From the IMG/VR virus record IMGVR_UViG_2737471992_000006: a stretch of 45,327 bases of DNA; one strand, written 5' to 3'. The stretch's first letter is position 1, and every line of letters starts with the position of its first letter. Below the pieces are notes generated by a model. That model ran no database searches, was not told the origin of the DNA, and saw only the letters and a list, made by a program, of their open reading frames with translations. Made by a program: the position numbers and the translations under genes. This document shows, piece by piece, positions 38,660 through 45,327 of the stretch. The stretch comes from a virus. Taxonomy: Duplodnaviria; Heunggongvirae; Uroviricota; Caudoviricetes.

Positions 38660-39484
38660 ATGTCTCAGAACTTAGACGCAACCGCAATTAATCAAATCCA
38701 TGCCCTTATTTCTGCTCAGGGTGTTAATGAAATTATCAGTAAGATTGGTGCCGATGCTGTGGCATTGCCTGAGAATTTCCGCATTCATGATCTGGAAAAA
38801 TTTAATTTAAATCGCTTCCGTTTCCGTGGTGCGCTTTCCACTGCCAGCATCGATGACTTTACCCGTTATTCTAAAGATCTTGCAGATGAAGGCACCCGCT
38901 GCTTTATCGATGCCGATAATATGCGAGCCGTCAGTGTGCTTAACCTGGGTACTATTGATGAACCAGGTCACGCAGATAACACCGCCACCCTCAAACTGAA
39001 AAAGACAGCACCGTTTTCTGCTCTGTTGTCTGTTAATGGCGAGCGTAACTCCCAGAAGTCACTGGCAGAATGGATTGAAGACTGGGCCGACTACCTTGTG
39101 GGCTTTGATGCTAATGGTGACACCATTCAGGCAACCAAAGCGGCTGCGGCAGTCCGTAAAATCACAATTGAAGCAAACCAGACCGCTGATTTTGAAGACA
39201 ATGACTTCAGCGGCAAACGCTCTCTGATGGAGTCTGTCGAAGCGAAAACCAAAGACATTATGCCAGTGGCATTTGAATTTAAATGCGTTCCGTTTGAAGG
39301 CCTGAAAGAACGTCCGTTTAAATTACGCCTCAGCATTATCACTGGCGATCGTCCTGTACTGGTTCTGCGCATTATTCAGCTGGAAGCGATGCAGGAAGAA
39401 ATGGCTAACGAATTTCGTGATCTGCTTGTTGAGAAATTCAAAGACAGCAAAGTAGAAACCTTTATTGGTACTTTCACCGCCTGA
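38660..39484 (+). CDS. hypothetical 274-aa early protein (YfdQ-like)
   Basis: Intact ORF with GAGGA Shine-Dalgarno; recalled similarity to the uncharacterised CPS-53 protein YfdQ. Confidence 0.7.
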   Translation: MSQNLDATAINQIHALISAQGVNEIISKIGADAVALPENFRIHDLEKFNLNRFRFRGALSTASIDDFTRYSKDLADEGTRCFIDADNMRAVSVLNLGTIDEPGHADNTATLKLKKTAPFSALLSVNGERNSQKSLAEWIEDWADYLVGFDANGDTIQATKAAAAVRKITIEANQTADFEDNDFSGKRSLMESVEAKTKDIMPVAFEFKCVPFEGLKERPFKLRLSIITGDRPVLVLRIIQLEAMQEEMANEFRDLLVEKFKDSKVETFIGTFTA

Positions 39485-39612
39485 TTTCATTACTGCAAAT
39501 GCCCCTGCGGGGGCATTTATGGAAACGTAATTAACTCAATAATCACCGGATGGTGAGAGCTTCCTTTTAGCAGAATTCAGCGCGGTGCAGCGCATATAAA
39601 GTGGAGAACGAA

Positions 39613-40149
39613 ATGTCATTTATTAAAACTTTTTCCGGGAAGCATTTTTATTATGACAAGATAAATAAAGACGACATCGTGATTAACGATATCGCAGTTT
39701 CCCTTTCAAATATCTGTCGCTTTGCAGGACATCTTTCACACTTCTACAGTGTCGCCCAGCATGCGGTGCTTTGCAGCCAGCTGGTGCCGCAGGAATTTGC
39801 TTTTGAAGCGTTAATGCATGATGCAACAGAAGCATATTGCCAGGACATCCCCGCGCCACTGAAACGACTTCTTCCTGACTATAAACGGATGGAAGAAAAA
39901 ATAGACGCCGTAATCCGTGAGAAATACGGGTTACCTCCTGTTATGAGCACGCCAGTGAAATATGCCGATCTCATTATGCTGGCAACCGAACGCCGTGATC
40001 TCGGGCTTGATGATGGCTCTTTCTGGCCTGTTCTGGAAGGTATCCCGGCAACAGAGATGTTCAAAGTTATTCCACTGTCGCCAGGCCATGCCTATGGGAT
40101 GTTTATGGAACGTTTTAACGAGTTATCGGAGTTACGCAAATGCGCATGA
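39613..40149 (+). CDS. HD-domain phosphohydrolase (YfdR-like 5'-deoxynucleotidase)
   Basis: 178 aa from the ATG at 39613 (GGAG Shine-Dalgarno); HD motif residues (H...H ... MHDATEAY). Confidence 0.75.
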   Translation: MSFIKTFSGKHFYYDKINKDDIVINDIAVSLSNICRFAGHLSHFYSVAQHAVLCSQLVPQEFAFEALMHDATEAYCQDIPAPLKRLLPDYKRMEEKIDAVIREKYGLPPVMSTPVKYADLIMLATERRDLGLDDGSFWPVLEGIPATEMFKVIPLSPGHAYGMFMERFNELSELRKCA

Positions 40150-40490
40150 ATGTTTTCGAAATGGAAGGGTTTCTTCGCGGGAAATGTGTACCGCGAGATC
40201 TGAAAGTGAATGAAACAAATGCTGAGTATCTGGTGCGTAAATTCGATGAAGTACGTGCTGAGGCTCGCAACGAGGGTATTAACTATACCGCAAGCCGTCT
40301 TGCTGCTGCTTTCAATCACGGATTTATCAATAAGCCTTTGGCTGAAGTTTTCGACGTTACACGCATGATTCTGTCAGCAAAAGAAGAGTTAGCTAATGAA
40401 TCGCATCCGATTGATGGCCTGTCCGGTGAATATGCAGAGAAATCCCTTGAAGAATGGGCGGAACGGCTTCTCAAAGGAGGCAGCCAGTGA
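40140..40490 (+). CDS. hypothetical 116-aa early protein (YfdS-like)
   Basis: ORF coupled to the neighbouring genes; start at 40140 or 40146 (ATGA overlap). Confidence 0.6.
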   Translation: MRMNVFEMEGFLRGKCVPRDLKVNETNAEYLVRKFDEVRAEARNEGINYTASRLAAAFNHGFINKPLAEVFDVTRMILSAKEELANESHPIDGLSGEYAEKSLEEWAERLLKGGSQ

Positions 40491-40981
40491 CTGGACATGC
40501 AGCAATCCTCGACATGTGCTGTGGCAGTCGCATGTTCTGGTTCGATAAGAATGACGACCGGGCGATATTTAGCGATATCAGAAAGGAAGAGCACACATTG
40601 TGTGATGGACGACGCCTGATTATCAGTCCTGACCTGATAGCTGATTTTCGTGCACTACCATTTGCAGACGCATCCTTTTCGATGGTTGTATTCGACCCTC
40701 CGCATCTTGAGCGTGTTGGTGATAACGCTTGGATGGGAAAGAAATATGGACGGCTGAATAAAGATACCTGGCGTGATGATTTACGGCAGGGATTCAAAGA
40801 AGCCTTTCGTGTGTTGTGGCCATACGGCGTTCTGATTTTTAAATGGAATGAAACGCAAATACCTGTTCGCCAGATATTGGCACTGACCGACAGAAAGCCT
40901 GTTATCGGTCAACGAACAGGAAAGGGTGACAAGACCCACTGGATTATTTTTATGAAGGAGGCAACCAGTGAGCGAGATTGA
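40487..40981 (+). CDS. small amino-methyltransferase (motif I DMCCGS, motif IV FDPPH)
   Basis: 164 aa from the GTG at 40487, preceded by AAGGAGG and overlapping the upstream stop (GTGA); the target (DNA or other) cannot be told from sequence. Confidence 0.6.
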   Translation: MTGHAAILDMCCGSRMFWFDKNDDRAIFSDIRKEEHTLCDGRRLIISPDLIADFRALPFADASFSMVVFDPPHLERVGDNAWMGKKYGRLNKDTWRDDLRQGFKEAFRVLWPYGVLIFKWNETQIPVRQILALTDRKPVIGQRTGKGDKTHWIIFMKEATSERD

Positions 40982-41567
40982 TTATCAGGCGCTACGGGAA
41001 CGTTATTCACCTAAGCCAGTACCTGAATGCTCTGTTTGTGGCGAGGAAATGTCAATACAGCGTATATCTGGAGCACATGTCACTTATGCCTGCTCCGGTT
41101 ATGGTGGTGATGGAGATTTCAAAATTGGTCGCACACTTGCCGACGAGCATTATGAAAAATCACGCGTAACAGTAGTTGATGACAGTGACCCTGATGTGAT
41201 TGCACTACTGGACGAACTGGAGGCAGCAAAATTAAAACTCAACGAGCAGCGTGAGTATTACGAAGGTGTTATCTCGGATGGGAGTAAGCGTATTGCTGAA
41301 CTGGAAGCACGGGAAATAAAACCAGCCAAAGGCGAAGTTCTTGTCGTTGTCTCTGGTTTTACTGGTTGCGGGAAAAGCGCCATTGCCGGGGAAATAGAAA
41401 TTGCGATGAAAGCTATTGGTGTGCCGGTTCAATGGACTAATGGCGATGCAGAAAAGCATATGACCGGCGCTGACTGGCTGACAGCGATTGAGATGTACAA
41501 ACCAAATGTGCGCATCGTGGAAGTTAATGTGTCACGCGCCGCAGGCATTCGCATCAAAGGAGAGTGA
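40968..41567 (+). CDS. hypothetical protein with N-terminal CxxC zinc-ribbon-like motif, coiled coil and C-terminal Walker-A-like P-loop
   Basis: 199 aa; GTG start after AAGGAGG; CSVCGEE near the N-terminus; GFTGCGKS near the C-terminus. Confidence 0.6.
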   Translation: MSEIDYQALRERYSPKPVPECSVCGEEMSIQRISGAHVTYACSGYGGDGDFKIGRTLADEHYEKSRVTVVDDSDPDVIALLDELEAAKLKLNEQREYYEGVISDGSKRIAELEAREIKPAKGEVLVVVSGFTGCGKSAIAGEIEIAMKAIGVPVQWTNGDAEKHMTGADWLTAIEMYKPNVRIVEVNVSRAAGIRIKGE

Positions 41568-41568
41568 G

Positions 41569-41760
41569 ATGAACGGACAAATATCAATTGTTCGACCGGG
41601 AGCATGTGACGATTGCGAGATACGAATGATTATTCGTCTGGCGAGGGGGAAAACAATAACTGCTCTCATTACTCCTGAAAATCTCGCATTAGCATTAACA
41701 GGAAAGTCAGACCTGCCAGTAGAGCTAAAGCTGCGAAATATTGAGATTAAAGTGAAATAG
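41569..41760 (+). CDS. hypothetical small protein
   Basis: 63 aa; ATG at 41569, 2 nt after the upstream stop, with AAAGGAGAG Shine-Dalgarno. Confidence 0.5.
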   Translation: MNGQISIVRPGACDDCEIRMIIRLARGKTITALITPENLALALTGKSDLPVELKLRNIEIKVK

Positions 41761-41762
41761 TT

Positions 41763-42440
41763 ATGAATACTCTTACCAAAGAATGGTTACAGAACACGAT
41801 TACCGGAATTGAGTCGATAATAGACGATAAATCGTTTGTATGTAGTGAAATAGCATTCGAAATAGGTCAGGTTAACAACATACTTACCGCATTTAAAATT
41901 GCACTGGCATCGCTGGCAGCAAAACCGGTGGTTTACATGTGGGATAGCGAAAGAAAAGATATTGATGCCCCTGGGTATTATCGGACTGAGCATTTAGTGT
42001 TCGCTGAGAGTAGTGTTAAGAAATGGGGAGGACGAGTTGTTCCACTTTACACCGCCCCGCCAGCGACGGTAGTACCGGATGAACGTGCAGCTTTCAATGC
42101 CTGGAACAACGACGAGAACCTACCCATAGCTGGTGTCGGCGCAAAAAACGCTGCCTGGTTAGCTTGGCAAGCCCGCGCTGAGTTGGGCCGCTCGTTAGCC
42201 GTAAACTCTCCGGTAACTCCGGATGGTTGGATAAGCTGTAGTGATCGAATGCCTGAAAAGGGCCAGAACGTGCTTATTTCGGTGAATTTCGATAGCTCTC
42301 TGGTTGAACCGCTAATATGCTCCGCACGCTATACCGGAAGCACCTTTCGGCGCGGAGATGCAACGATTAAGCCGGGTAATGGTATTGAGCAAGCAACTCA
42401 CTGGATGCCGCTACCGGAACCGCCGCAGGAGGTGAAGTGA
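41763..42440 (+). CDS. Ead/Ea22-like protein with C-terminal DUF551-like domain
   Basis: 225 aa; C-terminal ...THWMPLPEPP motif typical of DUF551 as I recall it. Confidence 0.65.
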   Translation: MNTLTKEWLQNTITGIESIIDDKSFVCSEIAFEIGQVNNILTAFKIALASLAAKPVVYMWDSERKDIDAPGYYRTEHLVFAESSVKKWGGRVVPLYTAPPATVVPDERAAFNAWNNDENLPIAGVGAKNAAWLAWQARAELGRSLAVNSPVTPDGWISCSDRMPEKGQNVLISVNFDSSLVEPLICSARYTGSTFRRGDATIKPGNGIEQATHWMPLPEPPQEVK

Positions 42441-43012
42441 TGAACAACTTAATGATCGACCTTGAGACGATGGGGAAAAATAAGGATGCACCGATCGTTT
42501 CCATTGGCGCGGTGTTCTTCACTCCAGAAACCGGAGACATCGGACAAGAATTCTATACGGTGGTTAGCCTGGAAAGTGCTATGGGGCAAGGAGCTACACC
42601 TGACGGCGATACCATCCTGTGGTGGTTGAAACAAAGCCCTGAAGCGCGAGCTGCAATCTGTATTGATGATACTTTGTCGATCAGCGATGCTCTCTCAGAA
42701 CTAAACCATTTCATTAACCGGCACGCAGACAATACGAAATATTTAAAAGTCTGGGGTAACGGGGCCACCTTCGACAACGTAATTTTACGTGGAGCTTATG
42801 AGCGAGCAGGACAAATCTGCCCGTGGGCATACTGGAATGACCACGATGTACGCACGATCGTTACGCTTGGGCGTTCCATCGGATTCGACCCCAAAATGGA
42901 CATGCCTTTCGATGGCGAACGGCACAACGCCCTGGCCGATGCCCGTCATCAGGCAAAATATGTTTCCGCTATCTGGCAGAAATTAATTCCTGCCACCAGC
43001 ACAGAATTATGA
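42440..43012 (+). CDS. DnaQ-like 3'-5' exonuclease (DEDDh)
   Basis: 190 aa; IDLETMG (Asp/Glu motif) near the N-terminus and HNALADA near the C-terminus; GGAGGTG Shine-Dalgarno; ATG overlaps the upstream stop. Confidence 0.75.
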   Translation: MNNLMIDLETMGKNKDAPIVSIGAVFFTPETGDIGQEFYTVVSLESAMGQGATPDGDTILWWLKQSPEARAAICIDDTLSISDALSELNHFINRHADNTKYLKVWGNGATFDNVILRGAYERAGQICPWAYWNDHDVRTIVTLGRSIGFDPKMDMPFDGERHNALADARHQAKYVSAIWQKLIPATSTEL

Positions 43013-43048
43013 TTTTCCCGGGTGCAGCCGGTTTTGATGGAGAAAATT

Positions 43049-43330
43049 ATGAACACCTTGTTTTTACTGATGGCTGAATTCAATACCCCTAACATTGAAC
43101 TCTCAGCAGTTAGCCAAAAGTACTTTGGCATGAGTCCAGCCACGGCAGAAGCAAAAGCAAACGCTTGTAAGTTGCCCGTTCCAACATATCGCATCGGCAC
43201 ATCACAAAAAGCAAAACGTTGCATCAATATTCAGGATCTTGCGGAATACATAGACAAAAGACGAGAAGAAGGACGTATCGAGTGGGAACAGGTCAGAACA
43301 GGCAAACAGAAGGGCAAAGAACATCACTAA
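43049..43330 (+). CDS. PrtN/excisionase-like DNA-binding protein (Xis candidate)
   Basis: 93 aa from the ATG at 43049 (GGAG Shine-Dalgarno); ...LPVPTYRIGTSQKAKRCINIQDLAEYIDKRR pattern of PrtN/AlpA-type excisionases. Confidence 0.6.
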   Translation: MNTLFLLMAEFNTPNIELSAVSQKYFGMSPATAEAKANACKLPVPTYRIGTSQKAKRCINIQDLAEYIDKRREEGRIEWEQVRTGKQKGKEHH

Positions 43331-43332
43331 AG

Positions 43333-43421
43333 AAAAAACGCATAAAGGCCAATGCCGTTCACTTAAGATGAGCGGCTCTGCATTTCACCAGATAATGGTG
43401 TTTTGATATCTTAATTTCCCT
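43333..43421. repeat. left arm of a ~90-bp imperfect inverted repeat flanking the CoiA-like gene
   Basis: Reverse complement of 44585..44674; core tttcaccagataatggtKttttgatatcttaatttccct matches at 38/39, plus cgttcacttaag and aaaaaacgc blocks. Confidence 0.8.
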
Positions 43422-43520
43422 CGGCTCTGATAGTCGTGGGCATTTTGTTATGAACACAATATCCAGAACATCCAGCAGATGTTCCTGTCATTTCGGGATG
43501 GCTACGAGGATAAGACAGCA

Positions 43521-44555
43521 TCAGAAAAACATTTCAGCTTTTTTACCATCAAATATCCACCCGCTGGATAAGATTTTCATATTGCTAGCATAAGTAAAAG
43601 TAAATTCTATCATTATCTTTTGTTTATCATTCGGATAGTCGAAAACCTCTAATAAAAAGCAATCTCCTATAAGTGAATAACAATGTATGCAACCGTTAGA
43701 TAAATAACAATCACTGTCTCTGTCCTTAACAGTACCAATTCCAGCCGCCCAGAGTTTTTTGTTATCCACGTGAGTGGCTATTAGTTCTTTGACATCAGAA
43801 TCACGAAAAGATAAAAACTTGACGAATACTGATTTACTGTAAACAGAAATCCCCCTGATAATTCCAGTTCGTTTTTTACATCTCCAGCATTTTGTAACTC
43901 GCGATTCTATTTTTGCAGTCAGCACATCCCCAACCTTTGGGAACCATAATAGCTTTCTGGCGAAAACACCCGCGATAAACTCCCTGACACTAATCCCAAA
44001 CTGCGGTAGATACAAGTCCCCATTTTCATTCTGACGCACACCAAAAACAGGTAAATCGTAGCTATGGTATATATCCCCACCATGCTCTTTACTTCCTTTA
44101 CGTAACTTTCGCAACCACAGTGCACGGACTCCTGATGCGATATATCGTTTTTGACGTTCTTTAAACTCATCGTCTTTTTGCGGTGATAGCTGTACTTCGA
44201 AAACCAGTTTCGCATTATTTCTGGTACAAAACACATCGGCAATCCATTCTTCTCCTGCTGGGGTCACCCCTTGTTTTTCGGTAGTAACTGACCAGCCAGC
44301 ATCACTGGCTAATTTTGCGATTAAGAATTTGAGATATAAATGTTCTGCGCTTTCTTTCGCATACAGGCAATCGCTTTTGGATTTATGGGAAAAGTAATAG
44401 TTATTAAGTTTACTTGTTTTAGGTATACCAAGCTGGCCACAGCACGACATAAACAAAGACTGGCTTTTATATGTCTGTTTAAGATGTTCCCATTCCTGAG
44501 AGTTAAATTCAAAAGAATGAATTTCTTTTCCGTTAAGTGACGCTTTTAGTGGCAT
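43521..44555 (-). CDS. CoiA-like (competence-protein-CoiA family) predicted nuclease
   Basis: 344 aa; N-terminal zinc-finger pattern F.SCCG...YFSHKSKSDC...KESAEHLYLK characteristic of CoiA proteins, then a PD-(D/E)xK-like core (IADV ... FEVQ); AT-rich gene. Confidence 0.7.
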   Translation of the reverse strand: MPLKASLNGKEIHSFEFNSQEWEHLKQTYKSQSLFMSCCGQLGIPKTSKLNNYYFSHKSKSDCLYAKESAEHLYLKFLIAKLASDAGWSVTTEKQGVTPAGEEWIADVFCTRNNAKLVFEVQLSPQKDDEFKERQKRYIASGVRALWLRKLRKGSKEHGGDIYHSYDLPVFGVRQNENGDLYLPQFGISVREFIAGVFARKLLWFPKVGDVLTAKIESRVTKCWRCKKRTGIIRGISVYSKSVFVKFLSFRDSDVKELIATHVDNKKLWAAGIGTVKDRDSDCYLSNGCIHCYSLIGDCFLLEVFDYPNDKQKIMIEFTFTYASNMKILSSGWIFDGKKAEMFF

Positions 44556-44584
44556 TCATGCTACCTGTATTTACCCTCCCAGCA

Positions 44585-44674
44585 AGGGAAATTAAGATAT
44601 CAAAAAACCATTATCTGGTGAAACGCAGTACCACCACACTTAAGTGAACGACATTATGCCTAAAGGCGTTTTTT
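44585..44674. repeat. right arm of the inverted repeat
   Basis: See left arm; the outer boundary (gcgtttttt) abuts the stop of the 57-aa gene. Confidence 0.8.
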
Positions 44675-44694
44675 AAAAAATCACCACCTATGAA

Positions 44695-44868
44695 TCATAC
44701 TGCTTTGCAACGACGAAGCTTACCCTGCTGCTCTTTACCAGAGACAGTAGCGTGAGTGAACGCATTAGGAGCAGCCTTCATCAGAACTTCAACAGCCGCA
44801 CCCATACCTACGAATGCTTTCATTGTGTCGAACTTAACCTGTGGCTTGGTTGCTTTTTGATCTTCCAT
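44695..44868 (-). CDS. 57-aa small protein, second gene of an AT-rich two-gene operon (not in the ORF track)
   Basis: ATG at 44868 preceded by GGAG (8-nt spacer); TGA at 44697..44695; 39 nt downstream of the 139-aa gene. Confidence 0.45.
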   Translation of the reverse strand: MEDQKATKPQVKFDTMKAFVGMGAAVEVLMKAAPNAFTHATVSGKEQQGKLRRCKAV

Positions 44869-44907
44869 AGAAAACTCCAGAAGCTATACCGAAAAAATTC
44901 CTGTTGT

Positions 44908-45327
44908 TTACTCATCATCAATAGATGATACGCAATATTTATTTTTAAATTTAAGGTTCTTTGGCGTAACTTCATCAGATATATCAAAACCGTCCAGAAT
45001 TCTATTGAATGTAGCTTCTGGCATATCATCATGAACAAAAATCTCACCCGATCGCTGCTTTCTAACCATGTTATCCACTCGCCAAATTATAGCTTCAGCG
45101 TAAACAACATAACTTGGATGCTTGATAAAGCGATGATCACCAGAATTCAAGACGCAAGACGGATCGTGGGGGACACCATCCTTGATACTAGAAATATTAA
45201 CAACTAAAACACAATAACAATCGTTAACGGGGTAATAAACAGGATCATTACAAATCACATGAAGATGATTGCATGGCCCAGTTGGGGCAAGCACAGTTCC
45301 TTTCCTGTATGGCTGATAATCCGTCAT
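44908..45327 (-). CDS. 139-aa hypothetical protein, first gene of the operon (Cys/His/Asp-rich)
   Basis: Complete ORF (ATG is the last three bases of the window, TAA at 44908..44910); AT-rich; no recognised family. Confidence 0.55.
   Translation of the reverse strand: MTDYQPYRKGTVLAPTGPCNHLHVICNDPVYYPVNDCYCVLVVNISSIKDGVPHDPSCVLNSGDHRFIKHPSYVVYAEAIIWRVDNMVRKQRSGEIFVHDDMPEATFNRILDGFDISDEVTPKNLKFKNKYCVSSIDDE

Noticed and set aside
43333-44674. Inverted repeat arms as ERIC/REP-type host intergenic repeats
   Set aside because: The arms do not resemble the ERIC or REP consensus as I recall them, and they flank a single AT-rich cargo gene inside a prophage; this cannot be excluded without a genome-wide search.
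1-45327. tRNA or rRNA genes (lambdoid phages often carry tRNAs between Q and S)
   Set aside because: I found no convincing cloverleaf, T-loop (GTTCRANYC) or acceptor-stem pattern in the intergenic regions; none reported.

Overview
This window is an enterobacterial (E. coli-like) chromosome segment carrying dusA (minus strand, 1..1038) and, directly beside its 5' end, an almost complete lambdoid prophage. The prophage runs: dusA-type tyrosine integrase, SOS-regulated dinI, a lambda-like tail module (stf, lom, J, I, K, L, M, H, G/T with a -1 frameshift, V, U, Z), an HK97-style head module (ClpP-protease/capsid fusion, portal, gpW, lambda-A-like large terminase, Nu1-like small terminase, cos), a phage-21-type lysis cassette (pinholin, SAR endolysin, Rz/Rz1), a moron block between Q and S, a nin-like region, a replication module with ori iterons inside an O-like gene, a divergent cI/cro immunity region, an early-left operon, and a PrtN-type excisionase candidate. 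The right-hand ~2 kb is AT-rich cargo: a CoiA-like nuclease gene bracketed by ~90-bp inverted repeats, then a two-gene operon of unknown function. I consider this right-end cargo the best candidate for an undescribed system. attR is not inside the window. All calls come from reading the sequence and ORF translations and from recalled protein families; no database search was run, so family names for non-core genes are provisional.
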